64,000 bases of DNA from Ylistrum balloti (taxonomy: Eukaryota), in assembly GCF_031769215.1 (NCBI RefSeq), contig NW_026782104.1, forward strand, positions 1,240,001-1,304,000. The letters are read 5' to 3'. A model generated the notes under the pieces. It had not been told where the DNA came from. It was given only the letters and a program-made list of their open reading frames with translations, and ran no database searches. Positions within the stretch are counted from its first letter, which is position 1; the number at the start of each line of letters is the position of its first letter. A program made the translations under genes and the position numbers. Positions 26,310-38,652 of this stretch are shown here, in pieces.

Positions 26310-28780
26310 GCTGGCACTCTTGGTTGCAGAAATTTACTAGATATTAAACGGTCAGCTGTTTGTCCTTGCGAATCACACTCCACTAATGAAATCCGTAAAC
26401 ATATCACGTGCTCCGCTTATCCTAAGTTGAACTTTTGACCTTACAAAGTAAATAGATTCTGAAATGTGTCTGTTTCACAACAGTGGTACATTTCTCGGTA
26501 GATAATACGTGTTATGTGAAGTTGAAGAAATCACTGAACGGACACTCGACAATGTACTGATCTAGGTATGCATTTTCTGAATGCAGCGAAGATAAAGCTG
26601 GAGTACTAACACACACAGGTATTCACTGTGGCTGTACTAGAGTAGCACAGGGCCTCCTGCCACCAATCAATACACACAACTTCACCCAACCGCTCATCGT
26701 GGACTGAGAGTCGGCATGCAGGATTAGAAAATGTTGTAAAATCTCAAACTGTAATTACCCTCACGCAATCTGAAATACCATTAACCAATTGAAACAATTA
26801 CTTGCGATTTCAGAAATGCTTTTATGAAGTTATTTAGTTAATAATTCATAAAATCTGTCATTTTAAAATTGGAAACAATACTTCAGATAGACAACAAGAT
26901 TATAGCAATTCTTTTTTGACAGAAGAATTTGGAAAGTGAAAATGACAAATTACATTAATGAAAAGTTTTTTTTTTCCACAACCAGCATTGTTTATTTTTT
27001 TATGAGTCAGTGATGTCTCCGCTAACTTAAAAGGACACATCTTCTAATGACAAGTCTGGAGCAGACATGAAGTCTGATATTGAATATTCAGACAGTATGC
27101 CAGTCAATATATGTATTGATAGCTATCAAACATTTATCTCATAAATATTGAAATATTTGTGCAGAAATAGTGCATAGTATTTCATATGTGATTGCTGCCA
27201 GCCATTTATCAACTGACTGGTCACATTACCAACTATGTGAATTACATGTGACATACTGTGCATCCTAAGTGAAGGTGATTCTATATGACAAGATAATGGC
27301 ATTGTTCTTGTCAATACCAATGTCCTCTTCCATCGTGTGCTGTTTGAATGTAACGCCATCCTAAATGCAACAGGCCTGGATTTCCAGGCGCATCACAAGC
27401 TACGTAGAGAAGAACGCCCAGGAAGACATTTTAGTTGGGAGGTTCCTTACCCTCTCCCCCTCCGTACGCCCGTCACGTCATGTTTTTTGTTAATCTGTAT
27501 TCGGCAATACACAAGGTATTCGACCTTGTACATCAATAAATAAATAGATTGACTAAAAGAAAATCATAGATATATATAATGACATGGTTATCTTCTGATC
27601 GTTGCATTTGGTCTGTATATTGAATTAGTAGAAAGGACAGTGGTGATTGCGTTTACTGCGTCATGACTGCAACGGATACAACTGTGTTTATTGCATACCA
27701 TCATGAATTCATCACAAGTTGTATCCATTGAACTCATGCCAATATCAACAAATGTGAGAATCGGTGACAGAATTTTCATATAATTGATTTATACATTGTA
27801 ATTATAAGATCAGTGAGTATGGCATTTTACCGAATATATCACTAACACTATTGGTGTAGCACCCAACACAAGATAATGAATCAATTAAGCATTGGCCATG
27901 TATAATTTCCAATTATTTATTCAGTTTCCGCACGTCTTGTGTTCGGTAATCTATCGTTAATTTCGTTTTAATGGCTCGTCCTTCTAGATATTTACATGTG
28001 GTAGCGAAGATGAATTCCATCGTTGGCCTAGTTTTTATTAGGTGGCCATATTCTGAAAATATGAATTTTCCAAAATTGTCTCATAACGAATACAGTTTGT
28101 TTATGAGAGTTAAGTTTGTATATATAATAAACGCTTTGACAATGTTACTTTTTTATCTAAATAAATACGTCTCTTTCCGTATGCGTAACTAATTGTTTTT
28201 GTATTCCAAATGCATTGTCTTTGGTAGAATACGTAGACTGTGGTCATTTCATTACGACCGTTTCTCAAATTGCTTTGGTCCTTTTCCCCCTGTATGGCTA
28301 TACGAGTACAGAATATTTTGACCTTTTTGCTTATTACTAATGGAAGTGATGATCATTTGTTATTCATACAGATAGATAATTAGACAATGTTTTGTTTGTT
28401 GATTCGGCAGACTGTTCTACGTACACGTGTGTACCAGAATAACAATATCCAGTGACCATGAGCATCAGTATAACAATGGCAGATTCATGATGCCTGTATT
28501 ATATTTCTTGTATTACTATGCTGTATCAGCTGAGCTGGTAGGTCAGTACCGTTCACGGTCAATATCGTCACATTATGTGTTCGCACTGAGATATCATGAT
28601 TATCCATAACTTCTATCGACGCAGTTCAACACGTCCTGAGTACTTCAGAGTCCTTTTCTGTTCATTCTGTAAGGACATTGTTGTAAAGTACGTTATTATA
28701 GACTACTTACTGTGACCACAAATATGACAAAATATTACAAGGAAATACCACATTGTAAAACATATTCATACTCACAATGT

Positions 28781-29700
28781 CAAATTCAATCAAACTAGAG
28801 CACAAAATTAATAAAAGAAAAAAGATCTTCATAGAGATTCCTGAAAAAATATAAGGAAAATAAGACCATATTTACCGGAAAAGTAAGCGTCTTCTGTTTC
28901 ATCGATGGCACCAACATTTAAATCCTTAGCAATCCAAGTAAGTAATGTTACGTTCTCAAAGTGGAATAAGGTATAAAAAAACGGAACCAACAGGCAACTT
29001 ATCGAGCATCAAACACGTCAATTTTCATACCCTACAAAGAAATATATATATCTCGCACCTCATACAGAGATATCCAATTTAACATCCCATCCTAGAATTC
29101 TACCTTCTACCTCACCCTATCTGTCTTGTACCCTTAAGTACGTTTTCGCGGATTTTTTTACGCATCTGTGTATTCATTCGCGTGTAGGCGTAAGTGGCAC
29201 CTACATCCGTGCATTTCAGCTTATCTGTTTTGTGTATTTTTGTTGTTTTTAAGATTCCTGGTGTTGTAGATAAAATCAGATCTTCACTTTAAAAGTGCGA
29301 CCTACATTGTTTACGCGGCACTATTCAAACGTTGTTTAAAAGTGAAGAGGCTGTGTGGGTAGCTTGAGGCTCCCACGGGCTACGCAAAACTCTGATGAAA
29401 TATTGAATCATTTTCAGAGTATCAGGTTCGAGAAAAAAATCCTGTAACATAATCCCAACCGAGGCGTTATCCTAGGCTACGATGTTACATGATATAAGCC
29501 CTTGACTGAGATACCCCGATCTCGATCAGTAACAGGTAACAGATTATATTCTCGATGAGATCACTATGACAACCGTAAAACTTTACAAAAATAATGAAAA
29601 ATAACTTTCATCATCCTGCATATAACCAAAGAGTTGCAATACGTTAATATCTGTGTTTACTGTAAACAAATATCTACCAGGCCTGTCGGATTCTCCAAGG
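28781..29700 (-). mobile_element. 5'-truncated PLE copy interrupted by a ~490-bp insertion
   Basis: 28781-29055 aligns with 21325-21575; similarity resumes at 29545 (CTCGATGAGATCACTATGACAACCGTA versus GCCGATGAAATTACTATGACTACCGTA at ~21580). Confidence 0.7.
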
Positions 29701-30008
29701 TCAATAAGTCAGGATGTTATGTTTAAACTTAATCTTCGAGAGTGCAGTTGATAGACACTGCTGTTGCACTTGAAGTCCCAGAGGTTTGCCGTAACCTGTA
29801 TGCCACTTTTAAAAGTATTTTAATAATGGTATGTTCCAGAATTATACACAATCTGCCATTCACTTGACATTCTTTTAAATTGTCAGATACATTGTATAGG
29901 ATTTTTTTTTAATTTAATGGATCATGGGGCTAGGCACCTTCGCATCGAGATTTTGCCTTTTTTTTATTTCCTCAGCCGTCACTTGGGTTTCGAATTTGAA
30001 GCTTCTTA

Positions 30009-30050
30009 AGTCACTGACGAGTCCTTGAAGGACGAAACAACTGTATGATG
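30009..30050 (+). ncRNA. Minimal hammerhead ribozyme, single copy, intact catalytic core
   Basis: AGTCA CTGACGA GTCC TTGAA GGAC GAA ACAACTGT A TGATG; predicted cleavage after A30045 (GUA). Confidence 0.88.
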
Positions 30051-30760
30051 AATTTTAATACGTTAATCGGCTTCACTATATCTAATTCCTAATTTGTATT
30101 AAAATATTTTGTTCAGTTGTACATCCTTTGTAAAATCTCCGTTAAGCGAGATCATATCATATGGATCCTGTTTATATATATAGTACATCAAATAAAATTC
30201 TGTTCTTTATTAACAATCCAAGAAATAATCAATAAATTTTATCGTACCGTCATTAAGACTTGGTGACGTCATTTGAACGTTAAAAGAGGGCCTAATCACA
30301 ATTTATTGGATAGATAAAAACAAGAAATGTCCACTAAACCATCTTTTATGGAATATTCCTAAAATGGTTGTACATGTCTAGTCTAAGTATGTTAATATTT
30401 ATTCAAATTAATTAAAGCGATAATGAAATATGCCATACATATTGATGGAACATTCTGAAGGATACCAAAGGCTTTAGCCAATCAGCAGATGATACGCCGA
30501 CAATTCAGGCAAATATGGATTTTAATGGATATCATATTTAAGAAGAGAAAGGAAAGATGACTATTGCAAACCAAAGATTTTTTTTAAATCCAATTTTGTA
30601 GCAAGAAATTAACATATACGTATGTGTATGATATATGTAAGCATGCACAGTATTTCAGTAAAACCTCCATCACTACGATATAGCTCAATGATGTTTTTAG
30701 GACAATAGGACACAGTTTGTTAATATAGAAGGAATACATTTATCATCTGTTCAGCTTATA

Positions 30761-31460
30761 TCTGGAGTCCTCCAGGGGGCGGCTATAGGTCCCTTAATGT
30801 TCCTGCTGTAACATCCACTGTACGACTCTTCACTGATAACTGCATTACTTATAGATTCGTTCAGACCACCTCTCTAAACAGCTAGACAACCAACGTCTCC
30901 AGCAGGGTCTAGGGAGCCATTGGAGGTCGGGAACATCTGGCATATGACGTTCAATCCTGAAAAATGCATACTCATGCGTACACATCAGTCGAAAGAGGAT
31001 TCCATGACATTCATTTACGGCGACCATCTAGAGACAGAACATTCCAGCAATTACTTAGGGGTCACTATTAACACATGAGCAAACACCACACCAAAGAGTT
31101 CTTCGCATAAACTTAAGAGCGTGCCCACAATACGTTTTAAAATATGATGCACCAGTCTGGGACTTCTACACCCAGTCCCAAATCCACTATTTGAAAGGAT
31201 TCCAAAATTGTGCTGCCAAATTACATATCTAATAAACTAGGTATCGAAATAGCTATGTTCCATAGCTTGGGATGGATGTATTAGAGCTCTTGCTCCACAA
31301 AATTGCGTACCATCGTGAATACTGAAGCTTTGCAGCATCCGTTGTATATGGCCACAACATCCAACACATCCCATACTCTTGTACGGTTTCCTTCTCATAC
31401 AAAACATAGAGGAAGTGATAGGATTCGGGACAAACATTTCTATCGTAGACATTCTGAACT
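30761..31460 (+). mobile_element. Degenerate LINE (CR1/L2-like) reverse transcriptase fragment
   Basis: Motifs across frameshifts: SGVLQGAAIGPLMFL, TVRLFTDNCITYR (degenerate FADD), WHMTFNPEKC, NYLGVTI, APVWDFYTQ. Confidence 0.85.
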
Positions 31461-31698
31461 GTTTTTAGTTATATATAAGAAAAGTTACAACAAATTAGTA
31501 CATGTGGTTTTGGCCTGCACACAGCAGGTCTGTGAATAAGAACACTTACTACGAAATAAAAGTCCTCTCCTGTAAGGAATATTTCGTCCTTAAAATGTGT
31601 TTAAACAAAGTTATAACTATTCACATCGAAACAATACAAGCATGTGTACGTGACGATTTACGCCGTGTATTTTAGCTTGTTTGTCAGCAACAGTGAAA

Positions 31699-31989
31699 AG
31701 GACGAAACAACTGCGTGATGTAGCATCATTGACGAGTCTTAGAAGGTCCAAACAATTGTATGATGTAGCATCACTGACAAGTCCTAGAAGGACGAAATAG
31801 ATTGATGTAACATCGCTGACGAGTCCTAAAAGGTCCAAACAGCTGTATAATGTAACATCACTGATGAGTCCTAGTAGGTCCAAATAGATGTACGATGTAG
31901 TACCACTAACGAGTTCTAGAAGGACGAAATAACTGTAAGATGTAACATCACTGAGAGTCCTGGAACGACGAAACAGTTGGGTGATGCAG
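31699..31989 (+). ncRNA. Tandem array of 6 (plus one partial) ~45-nt minimal hammerhead ribozymes, each with core mutations
   Basis: Units start at 31724, 31769, 31811, 31856, 31901 and 31946; a partial unit starts at 31699; followed by the family flank CAGTTTAATGCATTGTTTGA. Confidence 0.88.
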
Positions 31990-33862
31990 TTTAATGCATT
32001 GTTTGACTCTACTGTATCTTAGTAATATCTATGTGTGTCTTTTGTACAACGACACCTTGATTATATTAAAGTTGTCCGACAGAGTGGGTTGTGTGAATTA
32101 CAGTAGAAAGAAAAAGAAAACCGTTCACTACTTTCAGATCAGGTAACCAATCACTTTGGATAATACAAATTATATACTAAAGCATACTGTAAAGATAATT
32201 TGTGGAAGTATAGTGGTTACAATGTAACTTCAATCTCTACACACAGAAGCCCTCGATGATACAAGCATTGACAGTACCACAGTATAATACCTACATAGCA
32301 GTCTTAAGCTAGCTTATTATTGACTTGGGATGGTGTCGGTAAGATGAATATCATCATTTGCAGGCAAACGGTCCATTCTTTCCTGTCCTTATCACAGAGT
32401 GGCTGGTTCAGTTTTCGTTGGGTATACACCTGATGACTTTCAATGCAGCATCGATTTATTCAATAGCGTGCGTAGAATGATCTTACTATCGACATGAAAA
32501 AATATGGAAAGAAAAAAACATGTTATGACTCAGAATGCTGCACACTCTCATTACCTTTCTATTAACAGATCAAGTTCCAAAACATTCTTTCGAGTATAAT
32601 AGCTCGCTTGATTTATTTAGTTAACACTAAATCCATAGACAAAGTACAAAGAATGTCGGGTTAAAAGCATACTCCTAACTTACAACCCGCATATTTATCA
32701 ACACTGAACCGGCATCTACCACGATACCTGGGTTCATCATCTCTGGGCGCTGAATAAAAAAGTGTAAAATATCCCTTGATATCTCTTAAAGTGGAAAGTA
32801 TAAAAAAAATTAATTCAGAACATCGCCAATTACAGCCATTTCAAAAGTATTGGTTTTTAGGCTGCTATGCAGTTTTTATCTACCTTTTAAAATCAAATGA
32901 AACTTTTTCATATGATTTTTTTCTTGGTATTCTATTATCATTTGGTTAAATTTTGAGGAGTCATTTTTTAAAATGACCGGGAATTATTTGGGATCCACGC
33001 AATTCATAGAAAAATGATAGTAACGTAATATGCAGAGTATGACGCCTGATGCCAAAAGAAATAAGTGATTTTGCCGATTGTTGTTTTGTTAGTTTGTGTT
33101 TTTGTTTTTTGTTTTTTTAACTACCTTTTTGTGAACAAATCATTATAGAAGTCATCCCCAGAACAAATGTTGGATTTTAGCAATTTTGGCCACCTCATAT
33201 TCACACACACTCTTATGATGTGGTTCGACCAATCAGGTGATGTTTACAAAAAGTTCAGACAGGGAAAGGACCACTAGCTACTGTGGTATATCAATGTGTA
33301 TATTGTTTACAGAGCAAAGACAGAGAAAAAATCTTCATCACAGTGTTCCTTCTGGAGCTGGAGACATGCTATGAATAAATTAGGGGATTGTTGGAGGAAT
33401 ACCGAACTCAGCTTCAGACCCAAAAAATCACAGAAGGAGCCAAGCAACATAAGAAGCTCATATTTCATAGATGTTAAGTGTAACAGGAACGCCCAATCAC
33501 AGTCATTGAAGACAGTTACATACAGACCAATAAATGAAAAAGTCTATATGAGACCGGAAATGCCCCCAGACGAAATTAATAGTAAATGTGGAGAAAATGC
33601 CAAAACGTAGACTGGAGGAAATGTTATCCTCGACCGTAATGACCTGTACATTTTAAAATTAAAAATCGATCCCCAATTCTATCCTTAGATGTATTTGTCT
33701 GGCCCCACGGGCATAAAGTTTCATAAAGATGTTCCTAAAATATAACTTCATCACTATCAATCAGAGTTATTACCAACATAGGGAGTGATGACATGAAAAT
33801 ACAATCGACCAAAAATGAAATATCCTTTTCTATTGAAAGTTGATACCAAAAATAATATTCTC

Positions 33863-35865
33863 TATATAGACGGTGATTACACAGAGAAATATCATTTATA
33901 TAGACGGTGGTTACACAGAGAAATATCATTTATATAGACGGTGGTTACACAGAGAAATATCATTTATATAGACGGTGGTTACACAGAGAAAGATCATTGA
34001 TATAGACGGTGGTTACACAGAGAAATATCATTTATATAGACGGTGGTTACACAGAGAAATATCATTTATATAGACGGTGGTTACACAGAGAAATATAATT
34101 TATATAGACGGTGGTTACACAGAGAAATATCATTGATATAGACGGTGGTTACACAGAGAAATAGCATTTATACAGACGGTGGTTACACAGAGAAATATCA
34201 TTTATATAGACGGTGGTTACACAGAGAAATATCATTTATATAGACGGTGGTTACACAAAGAAATATCATTGATATAGACGGTGGTTACACAAAGAAATAT
34301 CATTGATATAGACGGTGGTTACACAGAGAAATATCATTGATATAGACGGTGGTTACACAAAGAAATATCATTGATAGAGACGGTGGTTACACAGAGAAAT
34401 AGCATTGATATAGACAGTGGTTACACAGAGAAATATCATTGATATAGACGGTGGTTACACGGTGGAGAAATACATTGATATAGACAGAGAAATATCATTT
34501 ATATAGACGGTGGTTACACAAAGAAATATCATTGATATAGACGGTGGTTACACAGAGAAATAGCATTGATATAGACGGTGGTTACACAGAGAAATAGCAT
34601 TGATATAGACGGTGGTTACACAGAGAAATAGCATTGATATAGACGGTGGTTACACAGAGAAATATCATTTATATAGACGGTGGTTACACAAAGAAATATC
34701 ATTTATATAGACGGTGGTTACACAGAGAAATATCATTGATATAGACGGTGGTTACACAGAGAAATATCATTTATATAGACGGTGGTTACACAGAGAAATA
34801 TCATTGATATAGACGGTGGTTACACAGAGAAATATCATTTATAGAGACGGTGGTTACACAAAGAAATATCATTGATATAAACGGTGGTTACACAAAGAAA
34901 TATCATTGATATATACACAGAGAAATATCATTGATATGGTTACACAGAGAAATATCATTGATATAGACGGTGGTTACACAGAGAAATAGCATTGATATAG
35001 ACGGTGGTTACACAGAGAAATATCATTGATATAGACGGTGGTTACACAGAGAAATATCATTGATATAGACGGTGGTTACACAGAGAAATATCATTTATAT
35101 AGACGGTGGTTACACAAAGAAATATCATTTATATAGACAGTGGTTACACAGAGAAAGATCATTTATATAGGCGGTGGTTACACAAAGAAATATCATTGAT
35201 ATAGACGGTGGTTACACAAAGAAATATCATTGATATAGACGGTGGTTACACAGAGAAATATCATTGATATAGACGGTGGTTACACAGAGAAATATCATTG
35301 ATATAGACGGTGGTTACACAGAGAAATATCATTTATATAGGCGGTGGTTACACAAAGAAATATCATTGATATAGACGGTGGTTACACAGAGAAATAGCAT
35401 TGATATAGACGGTGGTTACACAGAGAAATATCATTGATATAGACAGTGGTTACTTGAGAAATATCATTGATATAGACAGTGGTTACTTGAGAAATATCAT
35501 TGATATAGACAGTGGTTACTTGAGAAATATCATTGATATAGACAGTGGTTACTTGAGAAATATCATTGATATAGACGGTGGTTACACAGAGAAATATCAT
35601 TGATATAGACAGTGGTTACTTGAGAAATATCATTGATATAGACAGTGGTTACTTGAGAAATATCATTGATATAGACAGTGGTTACTTGAGAGATATTTTT
35701 TATAAAGGAGGCGTTATTTGAGAAATATCCTTTACAAAGGCAGTTGTTACTTCAGAGATATCTTTATATAAACACTTGTTATTCAGAGAATTATAACTTA
35801 TACAGGCAGTTGTTATTCCGAGAAGTATTCTCTGTACAGGCGACTATTACCCTGAGAAATATCCA
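33863..35865. repeat. Minisatellite, 34 bp unit (~54 copies) with a 33-bp variant and a diverged tail
   Basis: TAGACGGTGGTTACACAGAGAAATATCATT[T/G]ATA; variant GACAGTGGTTACTTGAGAAA from ~35440; eroded units at 35695-35865. Confidence 0.97.
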
Positions 35866-36474
35866 TTACGAACAAAAATATTACAAGAGAGCAATTCAGC
35901 CGCACGGTATTGGCAAACTTAGCGCGGAATCACTTAAATAATTGTATCATGCATAGAATACAGTGTTGTACGAAAACAATCGTTTTCGTATTAAAATTGT
36001 TTTAACCTTTTTTGTATGTACTCGTAAACACAATTTCTGGTCACTGACAAACGAGTTTGTGTAAAACATTGAGATTTAATCTCCTTTTGTCGACCACAAG
36101 GTCAGAGATCTGAAATTTGGTTGACCTAGAGACAAATTGATCAAATTTGTGTAACGAACAATTAGATTCGTTGTTCTATGAAGCCCAGAAAAGTAAGATG
36201 AAATTCTTAACTGAAATTGACAGCAAGGCTCGTTATTTCTCATCTTGAAAATTAAATGGCACAAAAGGAATGTTTCCAATACCGAATTTCCAGCCGAGTA
36301 ACATCACTTCTCGAGAAAAAGTTAATGATATCTGTATAACACAAAGCACGAGTTATGTCTCGTTTTCTCTCCTCAAAACATGGGCATTAACTACTTGAAT
36401 ATAAACGCTCAACAGATCCCTTCTCTTTGGAGATTGTTGAATAGCCAAATGCAGCTATTGAGGACATACCGCGT

Positions 36475-36486
36475 CGCGCATGCGCG
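36475..36486. promoter_or_regulatory. Perfect palindrome CGCGCATGCGCG (NRF1/EWG-like site)
   Basis: Contains the GCGCATGCGC core in a CpG-rich patch; function inferred only. Confidence 0.35.
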
Positions 36487-37306
36487 GATTTCTCGCTCCA
36501 GGTGAACGGTATTTTACTATAGATTATACAACGGCATTTTAGAAAAATATTCATACATATCGTTTTGTAGTTAAAAAATCCAAAATATATGCTTCTGATC
36601 AGTAAATTTAACATTTCTTCGTTACAAATTTATATATTCATAAAATTTTCGATTAAAATTATTTTAGTCATTTTTTAGCTGAAATTTGAACATTAATCTC
36701 CTTCATAGTCCTGCCAAATTTTTAACAAAGGATTATTTTGACATCTTCAATGTGATATAAAAGCAATATTTCGAAAAAAAAATATCCGAATGTATGCCCC
36801 TGACTATCAAGTGAAGTAACTTTCCAACACATTGATATAACATTGACAAACTTTAATTAAAAATGAATTGTGTATATTTTTAGGTAAAAATGGCTCATAA
36901 TTTCAGTTTACGGAAATTTTTTAAGACTCACTCTATTCATTCCCTTAATAATGCAATTTCAAAGGCATATGTACAGTTTACGACTGACATTTGTAACCAT
37001 TGGTGTGAATATATACTGGCCGATTCATTTACAGTAAAGAAAACAATAATGCATAATACAGAATTGCGATCACGTCAAAAAGGAGTTGCGTCCCTTGATG
37101 CGCGGCAAGCGCGCTGTTCCGCGCCGAAAAATTCAAGAGAATGTAACATGACGGCGATTGAGGAAATTGCAGGAAATAGACGATCAAGAAGGACATCCTC
37201 GATTATGAAGCAGGGAGAGGTGTGTTCATCATATCCGTAAGCAGTCACATTTTCTTAATCGTACCTAAATTCTTACCATTTAACTTTGAAATTTTCAATA
37301 AAGTAA

Positions 37307-37562
37307 TGAACCGTAGCGGTTGCCGGTGTACGCACCGGTCCAATACGCATTGGAAATTGATTGTTTGTAACCCTCTTTGTGATTGGCTGATTGAAGAGAA
37401 ATAAAAATATCTATTTTGATTCCGCGTTGACATCGGAACCTTTCTTACCTGTTATTTGAATCAGTGCCTGTGAACCGTAGCGGTTGCCGGTGTACGCACC
37501 GGTCCAATACGCATTGGAAATTGATTGTTTGTAACCCTCTTTGTGATTGGTTGATTGAAGAG
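37307..37562. repeat. 92-bp direct repeat (37307-37398 and 37471-37562), 1 mismatch
   Basis: Direct comparison; each copy has two hairpins and three CCAAT/ATTGG boxes. Confidence 0.92.
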
Positions 37563-38555
37563 GATTCCCTTGCTATTTGAATCAGCGTACTAGCTAATTG
37601 GTTGAAATCCAACTGCAATAGACTATTTTAAGCATTGGCGGTAGGGGAACTTCTTTGGTATCTCCCTTAGAATAAGGTCACACTTGTGATATTCAGCTGT
37701 TGAAATATGGCATTTATCTGTATCTATATACTATTCTGTTGTATTCAGCGAATTCTCATAATATAACATAGTCACAAACCAAGCGTATTAGCATATACAA
37801 TAAATGTTGAATATGTAATTATCAAATAAGTGATGAAAAATCGTCAAAAACTTCCAGAGAAATCCCCGAATCGGTGTCCAGAATGTACACTAAGGACACT
37901 TAACTCTGTTTAACCGACGCTATTCTTTGATGTGCGAATCATAAAAGCATTATTGAAGAAGTGTACAATGTATATACTATGTTGACGTTGACATGTACAA
38001 TCATTTTAACAAGAAGTGTACGATGCAGACATGATTATAACAAAGACATTCATTCTTGATTTCGTTTTATCTTGGTTTAGAATACTTTCAGATACTTTCG
38101 GGAATTCTGAAAAGGTAGGACGAGATGTCCATATCATAAATAATAGATATTAGATTTCCAGAAGAAAAATGTGTACTTACGTAATATTTGGTTTGGGTTT
38201 TTTCAATGGTTTCTCAGTCAATATCCATGGTTCTGTAACTAATTTGTATACCAGATCCGTGTCAATAACTATAGGACGAAGTGATCCTTAGGTAATTGCC
38301 GTAATGACAATGGGTGTACTGTTCAAATTTATAAAGAACATGTCATTCGAAATTTATTTCTTACCCCATATATAGATGTAAAACTTACATATTATGACTT
38401 TGTTTAAAAAATATTAAATTATAGCAAAACATTACCTACTACATATTCATTTTGAGGTGTAAAGTGTACACGTCTTTGCTAAAACACAAGCGAATCGTAA
38501 TTTCCTGTTGAAAAAGTTTACCGAATCGAACTCGCCCGTCACGTTACTTTACTAA

Positions 38556-38586
38556 TCACGTGACTATATTGTTCTACATCACGTGA
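38556..38586 (+). promoter_or_regulatory. Two TCACGTGA E-box palindromes upstream of the 15-exon gene
   Basis: 38556-38563 and 38579-38586, 67-97 nt before the ATG at 38653. Confidence 0.55.
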
Positions 38587-38652
38587 GTTTTCGTGGCGCT
38601 TAGTTACGAAGTTTTGCTGAACAGAGAAACATGCGGTCTTTTGTTACTCGAA

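Noticed and set aside
35382-35603. ORFs VTTVYINDISQ / RNIIDIDSGYL repeats
   Set aside because: Translation of the 33-bp minisatellite variant.
36890-37240. 116-aa ORF or alternative first exon with GT donors near 37220 and 37237
   Set aside because: No recognisable domain; lies in probable repeat or regulatory DNA; the frame link to the 15-exon gene was not established.
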